Notes: generated by a model not told the origin, from the sequence alone. Positions 34,262 through 44,386 are shown, counted from the first letter of the stretch. The stretch: 47,210 nucleotides of DNA from a virus (IMGVR_UViG_3300032259_000007:1-47210); one strand, 5' to 3'. Made by a program: numbers and translations.

Positions 34262-34684
34262 TTACCCAGTCCTGAAGAACGGGAAATATATCAGAGCTTT
34301 ACCCGCGCTTGCATCACTGTTGGAGCCGTCATATTGCATATTAATTTCGGTTTCCGCCGTAAGCGGTACCCCGTCAAAAGCGGTCGCAATCATTCCGGTT
34401 ACGATTTGCCCCGCGCTTGAAACGTCGAGATTGAGCGCGTAAGCGTCCCCGTCGCCTGCCTTACCAATGTCCAGCAAGTCGGTGCCAGTGTCATCAAAGG
34501 CAACAATAACGTTAACCTGCGGGGGCAAAAGAATAGCCCCGCGAGGTATTACCCCAATAACCACTGGAGTCCCGTCGTCGGTGTATTCAATAACACCCAT
34601 GATCGCATCAAGCCCGAAACCCGCGTCGCGGGCTAAAAAGCCGTATTGATCAACACTATAATTACCCGTTGGGGTAATAGTCAT
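34262..34684 (-). CDS. Putative capsid decoration/minor virion protein
   Basis: Beta-rich (IGVIPRGA..V.VAFD...LDIG...SAGKA); strong GGAGG RBS. Confidence 0.6.
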   Translation of the reverse strand: MTITPTGNYSVDQYGFLARDAGFGLDAIMGVIEYTDDGTPVVIGVIPRGAILLPPQVNVIVAFDDTGTDLLDIGKAGDGDAYALNLDVSSAGQIVTGMIATAFDGVPLTAETEINMQYDGSNSDASAGKALIYFPFFRTG

Positions 34685-34695
34685 AACACCCTCCC

Positions 34696-35109
34696 TTAAT
34701 AGCTGGCTTTTTGACCAATGATATACGCGCCGACTGTAACATCAACGCCGGAACCTGCAGTCGTAGCAACCACACGGACGTATTTCTTCAGCAAACCGCG
34801 CCGTAATGTTAGGCGTTCAAAAACCGCAACCGCGTCGGTTACTTGGGTGAATGTAGCGGGGTCGCCGTTGTCATCAACCAAGATCGACGCATCAACGGCG
34901 GTAAATGTTGAATTGTCTTCTGCATGTTCAACCGTAAATGTGATTGTATCACCTGAAGAAGCCAAGGGCGCATCGACTAAAACCTGAACTGGAAGTTCAT
35001 AATTTGCAATACTAACGCCAGTCCCATTTACCGCGCCGACCGCGACCGACCTCTGAACGCGAAGCGACGCTTGCACATCTAATTGATTACTTGTATAAAA
35101 TGCACTCAT
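34696..35109 (-). CDS. Putative capsid decoration protein
   Basis: NGTGVS...TVEHAED...KKYVRV jelly-roll-like pattern directly after the capsid gene. Confidence 0.6.
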   Translation of the reverse strand: MSAFYTSNQLDVQASLRVQRSVAVGAVNGTGVSIANYELPVQVLVDAPLASSGDTITFTVEHAEDNSTFTAVDASILVDDNGDPATFTQVTDAVAVFERLTLRRGLLKKYVRVVATTAGSGVDVTVGAYIIGQKASY

Positions 35110-35181
35110 GATTTTACCTTATCATTTTTTGATTTAGTTTCTTTAATCAGGTTTAGCTTTTCAATTTGATCAGGCTAGCGG

Positions 35182-37269
35182 TTAACGCACACCGGAAATA
35201 ACAGTAAACGCCTCGTCGTATTTAGATCGAACATCGGCATAAATATGGGCGATTATTTGAGTTTGCAATGAAGACGCTAAACTGTAAGGGTCAATCATAA
35301 ACTCGACCTGATTGCTCAAACCAACCGCAAGCGAAGACCAGCGACCGAAGTAAATATTTGAACAATCGCTATTTGTTCCAACCGTCCGATTACGTAAAAC
35401 AACGTTACTCGTTTTGTAAGGAATGCCATATAAGAACTCCCCTGCCCGGTCGCCCCAACCATGTCCCATGATAGGTAAGCCGTCGCCGTCTTTCATTGCA
35501 GTAAAACGCCGTTTTGTGCGCGGTGCCATCAACCAGCCCCAGCTATCATCTTCTTCTACATTTGCATCTTCAACAAGACCGATGGCATCGTTCAAATCTT
35601 CAAGGGTTGGTTTCCGCCCGTTGGTGTCTAATTGAGTGTTTACAATGTTAGGCAAATTCAAAACGCCGACCGGACTCGCGCCCGTGTTGGTGCCAGTCAC
35701 ACCGCCGTCGCCCCGTAAACAGGCGATCATAATGGCGCGGTTAATCGCATATGTGATTTTTTCACGAATGCGCGATTCGTAATTAATCCGACTGTTTGTT
35801 AAATATTTATTCGGGATTGGAATGCGAACAGCTAAGGGTTTCGGCACTAACATAATACCGCCGACCGTTTCGCTTGATTGCGGAATGGTTGTCCCTTCCC
35901 CTACCCAGTAAGCGTCCGGCTCGGTGCCGTCTTTCATCAGCGTCATTGTTTCAATCCCGTCCATCGGGACTTCATCAATACCCATTTCAAGCAAGGGTAA
36001 CTTATCACGCAACGCCGGAATGAATTCGTCAGCGATTTCGTGGTTAAGAATGTAACCACCAGTCGCACCCTGCTCATAGGAAACGGATTTACCCTCGCGC
36101 AAGTCCTGAAGCATTGATTTAATATCTGGTTTTGGCGTATTACTACCCCTCCGCATTAATTGAGTCATGCTTCGGGATTTCTTTCCGCCACGCGCAACCG
36201 GAATAATTACCCCGCCCTCTTGTTTATTACGGGCTTTTGAACGCTCCCGCGCTAAAGCCAGTTTATTATGATCAAAGAGAATAACAGATTTACCCTCACC
36301 CTCTAAAGCGTCGCCTTCCATATCCATATCTTCTTCTTCAGCAAAGAGGCTATCAACCATCGCCATGACATCTTCGCGTGTTGCGTCGGACGGTAAACCA
36401 AGTGCTTCCAAAACGCTAGGGACTTCCATCTTAACTTCAGCGTCGTCGAGTTCAACCTCGTCGCCTTCCATTTTTGCGGAAATGACGGTTTTGAAATCTT
36501 CCTTTGCTTTAATATAGGCTTTGTCATCAAGCCCTTCTTCAAACAATCCAAGTTCGATTAAAAGCGACTTCATAACGCCTACGGGGGCACCCGCGTCTAA
36601 TTTTGCTAATGGCATCTTTTTGACTCCTGAATTAATGATAATAGGGGTTTGATCATTCACGCTTGTTTCAGCCGTTTCTTCCTCAAAAAACATGACTGGT
36701 TTTGAAATGACCGTCAACGAATTACCGTTGAATATTTTTTCAGTGTCAAGCCCTATTGATTTATAAGCTGATTCTAAAATTGACACGTCCGTCATTCTTG
36801 GCTCGGCGGGGGTCGGGGTTAATGAACCTTCAACAATTCCCCAGTCGATAATCTTCCCTGACTTATCAACTTTAACCAAATGAGGGAGGGCACCTGAAGA
36901 CCAGTTCAATACTTTCTTTGAAACCAAACGCCGGACTGATTCGACATAGCGTTTATGAGTTTCTATCTGGTCTTTTTCCCAAAGATCAACATTTTTAATA
37001 CCCAGTTGACCTTCAGCCCAAATCCCTGTTTTGTCAATTTTCAACTTATCAATGAAGCCAACGGCGACCGATTTCCATACGCCGTCCGCGCCGTGATGAT
37101 ACAAAATAGGGCGACGGTCGTAGTAATCTAAATAGTAGTTTGTTTCGGGGGTGAAAAATTCACCTTCAAGGTCGCGCTGGCGTTCACTACCGAACACAAC
37201 TAGATAGCCACCAATGCGTTCCCCGTTGGTATTTTCTAGCATCTTAACAGCAAATTCTTTATTTGTCAT
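35182..37269 (-). CDS. Prohead protease - scaffold - HK97-fold major capsid fusion
   Basis: GYLVVFG..RDLEGE, YHH, WSSG, EGSLTPTPAEPR (protease); TGGYIL, AYWVGEG, LYGIP, YFGRW (capsid). Confidence 0.92.
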   Translation of the reverse strand: MTNKEFAVKMLENTNGERIGGYLVVFGSERQRDLEGEFFTPETNYYLDYYDRRPILYHHGADGVWKSVAVGFIDKLKIDKTGIWAEGQLGIKNVDLWEKDQIETHKRYVESVRRLVSKKVLNWSSGALPHLVKVDKSGKIIDWGIVEGSLTPTPAEPRMTDVSILESAYKSIGLDTEKIFNGNSLTVISKPVMFFEEETAETSVNDQTPIIINSGVKKMPLAKLDAGAPVGVMKSLLIELGLFEEGLDDKAYIKAKEDFKTVISAKMEGDEVELDDAEVKMEVPSVLEALGLPSDATREDVMAMVDSLFAEEEDMDMEGDALEGEGKSVILFDHNKLALARERSKARNKQEGGVIIPVARGGKKSRSMTQLMRRGSNTPKPDIKSMLQDLREGKSVSYEQGATGGYILNHEIADEFIPALRDKLPLLEMGIDEVPMDGIETMTLMKDGTEPDAYWVGEGTTIPQSSETVGGIMLVPKPLAVRIPIPNKYLTNSRINYESRIREKITYAINRAIMIACLRGDGGVTGTNTGASPVGVLNLPNIVNTQLDTNGRKPTLEDLNDAIGLVEDANVEEDDSWGWLMAPRTKRRFTAMKDGDGLPIMGHGWGDRAGEFLYGIPYKTSNVVLRNRTVGTNSDCSNIYFGRWSSLAVGLSNQVEFMIDPYSLASSLQTQIIAHIYADVRSKYDEAFTVISGVR

Positions 37270-37321
37270 CTTTTTACCTTACAGATTTCAGACTTGCAAG
37301 TTCTAATTAGATTATGCAAAT

Positions 37322-40297
37322 TTACGCGACGGCGGTTTCTTCAGTATAAATCGCCTTAATTCTTCCCTTTGCCCGCCCTTTAACCGTTCGGAGGTTGCAA
37401 CCACATCTATACCCCTTACATTTGGTTGCTTGCCCTACCCTCGGCGGGTTATGAAGGTTATGTTTTCTGTATATATTCCGGCGATGGCGTTGTCCTGACA
37501 ACTTTTTGCAAGTCGTGCAGTTGTCTTTTGTTCGATTAACAGCCCATTCTTGCATAGGGTTGTAACCCGCCGAATCGAGTCCGGCTGAATAGGCGGGGTT
37601 AATGGTTCCGGCAAACCAAAGGGCTGGCTTATTGTCAATATCCCCGTCCGTTATGCCGTCATTAGCCAGTAAATTTTTGACCAATTTGTTAATTAAAGGC
37701 GTGGCTGAAACGGTTAAGGCTCTAATTGTTGCCAAGTCATCTTCTGACATTGAACCGTCAAGCACTCCCCCGTCGATCAACCCGTCTTCATAAGCGATTC
37801 TGATGTAATGAGAAACAATAGACCGGAAGCGGTCGCGCAAAACCCGTTCGGGCATATTACGCGCTTTTGCACGTTGAAGTAGGTTTTCAATGTCGCCTTC
37901 AAAGTCGAGCCGTGTTGATTGAATCGATTTAAGGGCTAACAGCTTCTTAGCTTCTGAATACCAGAAATCATAATCTTCTGATAAATCAATCAAAGCACTT
38001 TTAACGCCGTCCGCTTCTGGGTCTAAATTAATGAAGCGTGATTTCCCCAGCCGTTGATCAGGGTTTTGAATACGTCTTACAAACCGGACGACGTTTTCAG
38101 GCAAATATTCAAACTCGAACTCGACCGACTTCCCTTCCTTCTTCATTTTACGTCGCCAGTTCTTTAATTCTTGTTTAGCCTCGCGCTTCAAAATTGCGAC
38201 GCGGGGGTCTACTTGCTCGTGGATTGTTTCATAGTCATTACGTTGAATAACCAAGGCTTGTCCGTCAAGACCGAAAACAACCTCGGCGGGGGTGAAATCC
38301 TTCGCTAATTCAGCCGGAATATAAGCCAAGGTCACATGGGGAGTCCAGTCGCTTGGCTTACTGTGTTCTGACATTTCAACGCGGGTGCGCCGGAAGGCAC
38401 TATAAATATATTCCTGAAAAACTTGAAGCCCTGATTGATTATGAATAAGCAAAACTAACGGGACTAAATCATCGTCGGCTTCAAAGACATCCAACGAATG
38501 AGTAACCAAAACGGGAAAATCTAATTCAGCCGGAACGTCGGCGATTATTTCATTCGCCTGATCAGGTGAAACATTAGGCGAATAAGCCAGCGTTACATGG
38601 TATTCTTCAGGCTTAACCCATTCAATATCATCATTTCTGAATTGTTCCTTCAGCCGTTCGCAATACTCAGTTATAGCGGGGTCGTCAGTCAATGTGATTG
38701 ACGAGTACAAATGATCAGTGACGGCTTTACCTGTAAACGCCCGCCGAATCGAGTCAGGCAATGCTTTGAGTTTGTCCAGATGTGATTGATCAATATAACC
38801 GTAAGGCATTTTAACTTGCTTGTTACCAGCGTCTTCTTTTTCGATTTCGACTTTATCTTCTTCAATTTCAACGTCGGCGCGGTTGCGCTCACGGTCTACA
38901 TTGACCTGCTGAATTTGGGCGGTCGCCTGAAGGCTATCGGCTTCAGCTTGCTGGGCTAACAACGCTTGATCAGTTTGCCCACTCGCGTGGGGGATTTCAT
39001 CTCCCGGAATAATACCCGCGTTGATTGTTGACGGGGCAATAACAAGGTTATACCGCCATACGTTTCTAAAGTCCGCAATCGGTACCCAGCCCACGCCTTC
39101 ATACCAATGCAAATTTTTAAATTCAGGGGCGGGCTTTTCACCCAGCGCAACCTGAACAACGTCCAACGAAATCGCGCCCGTTTTTGATTTAAGTTCGATT
39201 GTTTCAATCTTCTTTAGTTCGTCTTCAGTCAAAAACGGGACGGAGTCTTTATCTAATTCAACTCTATATGTTGATTTGTAATCGCGGGCTAATTGTTCTG
39301 TGAAGTGCGAAGCATACCACTCGCCACGCGGTAACAGCCAGCTTTGCGCCCAATCCGAGCTATCTTCTGATCGACTTAAGCCTGAAGAAACAAGATAGGA
39401 AGCAACCATTGAAAGTGGAACGCCATAAACCGCGCTTGTTGTTTGCCACACTTTTTCATCTAAGTGCCCCAGTTGCAAATCTTTAAACGCTGATCTTAAC
39501 TCTTTAACGTCCCAGCGTTGAACTGTTCCGAAATTAGTGCCCGCATTCCGACTCCCCTTCAGGGCGCGGGACATGCTTGCCATTAACTTACGCAATGACG
39601 AGTCGTTAACCTTAACATTTTTAGCCTGATCAACGGCTGGTTGAAATAGCAAAGGCGGAACCGCGCCATTTTCAAATGTAGCCTTTTCGGTTGTATCAAC
39701 TTCATAACCGATCATGGCGGTAATATAGGCGACTTCAGCCGGAGCCAGCCCGTCGTAATCATCGAGTAAATCAATTTCAGTTAGCCATACCGCGTCATGA
39801 GGATATATAGTTCTTTCTAAATAATCCTCCCACTTGCGGTTGTCAGTGTCACCCCGAATAAGCCAACGCAATATTTGGGAACGCGGGTCGGTGTCGTAAA
39901 TCGTAGGGTTAACCCATTTTAAACTGGTTGGAATATCATTATCCCGGCGCAACTTGTAAAGTAAGTTGTAACCGAAGTAACAAAGGGATAATTCAGATCG
40001 ACGCATTAAGTCCGCGAATTGATGCTTACCAGCAAAGAATAATGTAAGCGGGTGTTGTTCCGGTAAAGCCTGATCGCCGTCAAATACTTTGAATTTAAAT
40101 TTACCGACATTATCCGACCGAATTTGTGAATTCACATAATTTGGGGGTGAAACTCGGCGCAAGTGTGCAAGCTGAATCGCGCTGGGAATTTCTACGTCTT
40201 TACTTGATAAGTAAGCATTCAACTGGTGCATATATGTTTTTATGCCTTCAGCGTTGCTCGGTCTATACAGCTTTTCCAAAAAGTTAAAACCTACCAT
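37322..40297 (-). CDS. Portal protein fused to 2H phosphoesterase and MuF-like domains
   Basis: Portal N-terminus (HPL, GLAPAE, FENGAVP, VYGVP); two HxT motifs (YHVTLAY, PHVTLAY); C-terminal W...CTTC..LSG...CKGYRCGC. Confidence 0.85.
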   Translation of the reverse strand: MVGFNFLEKLYRPSNAEGIKTYMHQLNAYLSSKDVEIPSAIQLAHLRRVSPPNYVNSQIRSDNVGKFKFKVFDGDQALPEQHPLTLFFAGKHQFADLMRRSELSLCYFGYNLLYKLRRDNDIPTSLKWVNPTIYDTDPRSQILRWLIRGDTDNRKWEDYLERTIYPHDAVWLTEIDLLDDYDGLAPAEVAYITAMIGYEVDTTEKATFENGAVPPLLFQPAVDQAKNVKVNDSSLRKLMASMSRALKGSRNAGTNFGTVQRWDVKELRSAFKDLQLGHLDEKVWQTTSAVYGVPLSMVASYLVSSGLSRSEDSSDWAQSWLLPRGEWYASHFTEQLARDYKSTYRVELDKDSVPFLTEDELKKIETIELKSKTGAISLDVVQVALGEKPAPEFKNLHWYEGVGWVPIADFRNVWRYNLVIAPSTINAGIIPGDEIPHASGQTDQALLAQQAEADSLQATAQIQQVNVDRERNRADVEIEEDKVEIEKEDAGNKQVKMPYGYIDQSHLDKLKALPDSIRRAFTGKAVTDHLYSSITLTDDPAITEYCERLKEQFRNDDIEWVKPEEYHVTLAYSPNVSPDQANEIIADVPAELDFPVLVTHSLDVFEADDDLVPLVLLIHNQSGLQVFQEYIYSAFRRTRVEMSEHSKPSDWTPHVTLAYIPAELAKDFTPAEVVFGLDGQALVIQRNDYETIHEQVDPRVAILKREAKQELKNWRRKMKKEGKSVEFEFEYLPENVVRFVRRIQNPDQRLGKSRFINLDPEADGVKSALIDLSEDYDFWYSEAKKLLALKSIQSTRLDFEGDIENLLQRAKARNMPERVLRDRFRSIVSHYIRIAYEDGLIDGGVLDGSMSEDDLATIRALTVSATPLINKLVKNLLANDGITDGDIDNKPALWFAGTINPAYSAGLDSAGYNPMQEWAVNRTKDNCTTCKKLSGQRHRRNIYRKHNLHNPPRVGQATKCKGYRCGCNLRTVKGRAKGRIKAIYTEETAVA

Positions 40298-41829
40298 ACG
40301 TGTACCTCGTCATTGTTTACATCGGCATATAGGGCTGTATACCATGCCTGAATTATTGCGTCCGCTTTATCAGTTGATCGCCCTATACGCTTTTTAATGT
40401 CAGGTTTCGACTCGATTTGATATTGACCATTTACAACTTTGAAACGAGGGGCGCACAATTCGACTCTGATTTCACGGTCGTCCGGCAGTGCGACAAGCTG
40501 ATCAGCGTCAAGCAATGCTTCCCTGAACTGCCACCACATCTGTGAACGGACGTTTTTAAAACCGTACCGGCCCGTTTGATCAGTGTCATCGGAACCTTCC
40601 GACGCTACTATTTCAATAATGTCAGCGTTGGCAAGTTCTAGCGCATCAATTACCCCCGCGCCGTTGCCTATAGCATCAACACCGATCAGCGCGTTTGTTT
40701 CCATTAGGTCTAAAGCCCAGTAAGAAACATCCCAACCTCGGGGGGTTTCCACTCCGGGCTTAACTTCTAAGGGGTCAAACCACGAACCGTACAATTTAGC
40801 CAGTACATTGTTGTCAGCCCCGCCCCGCGCAACATCTAAACCGCAAGCCTTCAAAGCTAATTCGGGCCGTTCGCCTTCCCTAAATCGCTTTTGCGCGTCT
40901 AATACCGCTTGCGTCGGTATAACTTGCCAGTCATCGTCGGCGGGCTTCAGTCCAAAATCACCAAACAGTAACTGGGAGCGTAACGGTTCCGGCGTTGCGT
41001 TTAGCGTTGCCATGTAATTGGTTTTCATCAACACTGGATTATCTGATAATTTCGCCGGAATAAACGTCCGGCTTTTAGCCTTAACAAAAACGCCTTTTTC
41101 AATTTCGACTTTATAATCTTTTTCGACTTCGGTATCTATGCCATCAATAGTCATAAACCAGCGTAATTCCCCCGGCTCGGCGGGGTTTATATAGTCAGGG
41201 TCTAACCAAGGGGCCCAGTATTTAATAACCCACTCCCCTTCTATATCTGAAGGCGGGTTTCCGGTACAGACAACCCGACATCGCTGGTCGGGGTCTTCCG
41301 AACGATTCCAAGCGATTAAAAACCTGTACATGCTTTCGGTAAATTCGGTTATTTCATCAAAAGCGTAAAAATCAAAGGGACGACCTCTATACTTTTGTAA
41401 TACCTTGGAATGAACCAGCGACCCGAATTCAACCATACGCCCAACGGAGCCAAGTCGCCAAACATGAAGCGACTCATTGTAGGAGTCGTGATGGCGATCT
41501 TTATCAAAGGTGTTGTAAATCACCCGCGACCGTTCAATCATTGATCGCATCGACGGGAATACGCGACGCATAATAAGCGAGTTCTTATGCGCGGTTCCGG
41601 CTAGCCCTAAAGCTAAATCGGTTTTACCCCCGCCCGCCTGCCCGCCATAAAACAATTCGTCAGCTTCGCTTAAGTAAGCATCAGACTGGGGGGAATCTGG
41701 GAAGGGTGCCCAGTCGATTCCTGTTAAGCGGTCGTCGCTCACATACTCGAAACCGAATTCTTCTTCAAGAACAAAATCAACTATTTTCTGATCGGTTAAC
41801 ATAACGCGCCCGTTGAATAAGCCTTTCAA
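40291..41829 (-). CDS. terL: Terminase large subunit
   Basis: YGGQAGGGKT, FDEITEF, TGNP, DNP, nuclease GLDVARGGAD...DKADA. Confidence 0.95.
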   Translation of the reverse strand: MKGLFNGRVMLTDQKIVDFVLEEEFGFEYVSDDRLTGIDWAPFPDSPQSDAYLSEADELFYGGQAGGGKTDLALGLAGTAHKNSLIMRRVFPSMRSMIERSRVIYNTFDKDRHHDSYNESLHVWRLGSVGRMVEFGSLVHSKVLQKYRGRPFDFYAFDEITEFTESMYRFLIAWNRSEDPDQRCRVVCTGNPPSDIEGEWVIKYWAPWLDPDYINPAEPGELRWFMTIDGIDTEVEKDYKVEIEKGVFVKAKSRTFIPAKLSDNPVLMKTNYMATLNATPEPLRSQLLFGDFGLKPADDDWQVIPTQAVLDAQKRFREGERPELALKACGLDVARGGADNNVLAKLYGSWFDPLEVKPGVETPRGWDVSYWALDLMETNALIGVDAIGNGAGVIDALELANADIIEIVASEGSDDTDQTGRYGFKNVRSQMWWQFREALLDADQLVALPDDREIRVELCAPRFKVVNGQYQIESKPDIKKRIGRSTDKADAIIQAWYTALYADVNNDEVHVW

Positions 41830-42277
41830 ACACGACCGCAGGGTCTAGCCCCGCGTCTTCCATTTCTTTCATCACCTTAGCAACATATTCTATTGTTATA
41901 TTTCCTGACAATTCAATCTTAGTCGGTGCCAAGGTACCCAGTAACTTTGTTTCAAGTTCAAGGGCGCGTAATGCTAAGTTTCCATTTTGTCTAGCCCATG
42001 CGTCCCGCTTAATCTGATTGATTTCCTCTAATTGGCGGGCTTGATGATCGTCGGTTGTTTCATCAGCACGAGTGCGCCAGCGACCCTTCAACACCTTCAA
42101 GTCCTTGCGGATTGTCTCGGCTGAAAAGGGTTTACCCGTCTTTAGGTTATATATAGGCGGGCTGTGGCTCCATAAGGCTTCTTTGATTTCATATAGGGTT
42201 AAACCCTTTATTCGCAATTCCGAAACAAGCGACCGACGTATTTCAACCCTATGTGCATTAGCGTTATCAACCTTCAT
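41777..42277 (-). CDS. terS: Probable terminase small subunit
   Basis: N-terminal HTH (ETIRKDL), LELETKLLG..PTKIELSG; directly upstream of terL; GGAGG RBS. Confidence 0.75.
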   Translation of the reverse strand: MKVDNANAHRVEIRRSLVSELRIKGLTLYEIKEALWSHSPPIYNLKTGKPFSAETIRKDLKVLKGRWRTRADETTDDHQARQLEEINQIKRDAWARQNGNLALRALELETKLLGTLAPTKIELSGNITIEYVAKVMKEMEDAGLDPAVVFERLIQRARYVNRSENS

Positions 42278-42291
42278 GCAACAACCTCCCC

Positions 42292-42355
42292 CCCCCTAGA
42301 AAGTGGGGGTTGCAAGTTTCCCCACTTGGGATTACAATATGTATATAGTCAGATA
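42292..42355 (+). promoter_or_regulatory. Shared-family promoter E
   Basis: TTGCAA-17-TACAAT; AAGTTTCCCCACTT at 42314-42327; TAGTCAGATA at 42346-42355. Confidence 0.88.
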
Positions 42356-42375
42356 GTAATTAAGGAATTAACCGA

Positions 42376-42591
42376 ATGACACATAACGAAATGATCGCAC
42401 CAAACGTAACCCGTAACCAAATTATGAAATTTGCGGAATTAGCGGATGCGATTGAATGTTCAAACAGTTCAACCCGCACTTACCGCGTTAACGTTGTTTT
42501 AGGAAACCAAGACGACCCCCGCCCTTACTGGGTAGCAGATAGCCCCCGAACAGCAGGTCGCCTGATCAAAGCGGGATTTCAATACGCTTAA
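42376..42591 (+). CDS. Small hypothetical protein; stand-alone unit antisense within the late operon
   Basis: Own promoter, AAGGA RBS and terminator. Confidence 0.8.
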   Translation: MTHNEMIAPNVTRNQIMKFAELADAIECSNSSTRTYRVNVVLGNQDDPRPYWVADSPRTAGRLIKAGFQYA

Positions 42592-42595
42592 TAAA

Positions 42596-42632
42596 TAAAA
42601 GCCCTTGTCAATTGATAAGGGCTTTTATTTTT
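42596..42632. terminator. Bidirectional intrinsic terminator
   Basis: TAAAAGCCCTTGTC-aatt-GATAAGGGCTTTTA. Confidence 0.85.
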
Positions 42633-43953
42633 CGAGTTCAGGCTGAAGCCCCATATTTTCTAATCTCTCAAGAATAACCGCGACATAATGGGATTCGAGT
42701 TCCATTCCGAAACCTTGTCGGCGTGTTTGCTCACAAGCGACTAAGGTTGTGCCGGAACCGCAAAACGGATCGTAAACACCCTGCCCTATTTCGGTATTAT
42801 TCAAGATAGGGCGACGCATACAATCAAGGGGTTTTTGTGTAGAATGCCCAGTCGACTCGTCCCCTTCCCCGTCAAGTTTACCCGCATTTGCCGATTTTAT
42901 ATCCCAGACCGTGTTTTGAGTTCGGTCGCCCTGCCAATTTGACGACATCCCTTTCCTAACAGCGTACCAGCATGGCTCATGCTTCCAGTGATAATTAGCC
43001 CGCCCAATGCTATGATTTGATTTATTCCAGATAATCTGCGATTTAATCTCATAACCCGCATTGATTAAGCTATCTTGAACCGCCCCTGCAAATAAGCCCG
43101 CGTGCCACACATAGGCGACTTGACAATCAGCTAAAATATAGGCTTCAGTCCAGTCCGCATTGTCATCATTGGCAACAACCCCTGAAGCGTGGCTGGCTTT
43201 TGCATCAATTTTACGTCGCCATGACGGGTCGTAATTAACCCCGTATGGGGGGTCGGTATCCATTAATACAGGTTTAACGCCATTGAATAAACGTTTCACC
43301 TGATCAGCGTCCGTCGAACTGCCAATAAGTAAGCGGTGTTTAAATTTACCTTGGAGGCTTGGAATAACCCAAAGTTGCCCCACTTCGGTTTCCCACTTCC
43401 CTTGTAGCTTATTCATTTCTTCTTCGCGGGGACTTTCTTGAATGCCCCCGTTTTCAGATTCTTGTTTTACCAGCGCGGGTGAAATCAACGCGCTTAACTC
43501 TTTTGAAGTGAAGAATTTACTTAAATCCAGTCCGGCGTTTTGATCAGCAATAATTTGCTCGGCGTTCCACTTAAGTGAGACTTCCCCTGCGCGATTGTCA
43601 TAATATGCCAATTGGCGGGCGGGGTTATCTTCTTCTTCAGATAATAAATCTAAATCAGTGCGCTTAACAACGACTAACTTAGTCCCGTCCGTTTCGACGA
43701 TAATAGTATCTTCAAGCCCCGCGTCAGAAGCGGTCGACGTTGCTTTGTTGCCCGCGATCAAATAATCGTTTTTATCAGTAACAACCGACCGCCCCAGCCC
43801 CGTTTTAGCGACCGAATTACTAAGCATCATCCCGCCTCTTTTGGTTCCGGCGTTGGCATTAGCGGGGTCTTGTTTCAGGTCGGCGACTTTACCCTTTGCA
43901 ACTTTGGGATTCTGATCAGTCAAAACATTAGCCCCCGAATAATGTAATGGCAA
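42625..43953 (-). CDS. DNA N6-adenine/N4-cytosine methyltransferase (beta class) with ParB-like N-terminus
   Basis: DPANAN..., LIAGN, YYDNR (ParB-like); TDPPY, IIWNK, HSTQKP, DPFCGSGTT. Confidence 0.92.
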   Translation of the reverse strand: MPLHYSGANVLTDQNPKVAKGKVADLKQDPANANAGTKRGGMMLSNSVAKTGLGRSVVTDKNDYLIAGNKATSTASDAGLEDTIIVETDGTKLVVVKRTDLDLLSEEEDNPARQLAYYDNRAGEVSLKWNAEQIIADQNAGLDLSKFFTSKELSALISPALVKQESENGGIQESPREEEMNKLQGKWETEVGQLWVIPSLQGKFKHRLLIGSSTDADQVKRLFNGVKPVLMDTDPPYGVNYDPSWRRKIDAKASHASGVVANDDNADWTEAYILADCQVAYVWHAGLFAGAVQDSLINAGYEIKSQIIWNKSNHSIGRANYHWKHEPCWYAVRKGMSSNWQGDRTQNTVWDIKSANAGKLDGEGDESTGHSTQKPLDCMRRPILNNTEIGQGVYDPFCGSGTTLVACEQTRRQGFGMELESHYVAVILERLENMGLQPELEK

Positions 43954-44251
43954 CCGTAGCGGTGCCAGTTACCGCGATCATTGATAAATTATTTACGTTT
44001 TCGTCACTGTCAAGCGTTAACGATGTGCCCGCCGTGATTAAGTGCCCGCGATTCCCTGATACTACAGGGGTCGTGCCGTCGCAATACCACAAAACATTTT
44101 CATCATAAACATGGACTAAAACAGAACTGGCTCGTTCAATGTCAGCTTTTGAAAATCCTAAATCTGAAAGAGTTTTGGCTGTAGCAGTGATTGTTCTAAC
44201 AGTGCCATTGTCGTCATTTGTAGCGATTGCGCGATTGTCAACATATACCAT
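43928..44251 (-). CDS. Small beta-rich protein, first late gene
   Basis: Start reassigned to MVYVDN (GAGGA RBS); DGTTP...GH.I.AG motif. Confidence 0.65.
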   Translation of the reverse strand: MVYVDNRAIATNDDNGTVRTITATAKTLSDLGFSKADIERASSVLVHVYDENVLWYCDGTTPVVSGNRGHLITAGTSLTLDSDENVNNLSMIAVTGTATVAITLFGG

Positions 44252-44288
44252 TTTAATATTCCTCATAACCAGAACGGATTGTTCGTGC

Positions 44289-44332
44289 AAAAAAAACACA
44301 AAAGGGGCTGAACAAAAAAAACGTTCAACCCC
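44289..44332 (-). terminator. Terminator in the late-operon leader
   Basis: GGGGTTGAAC-loop-GTTCAGCCCC followed by TTTTGTGT8. Confidence 0.8.
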
Positions 44333-44386
44333 CCGCCCGAATAACTACTACTGCCAGTGCCGTTTGACACCTTAAGCATTAAATCA

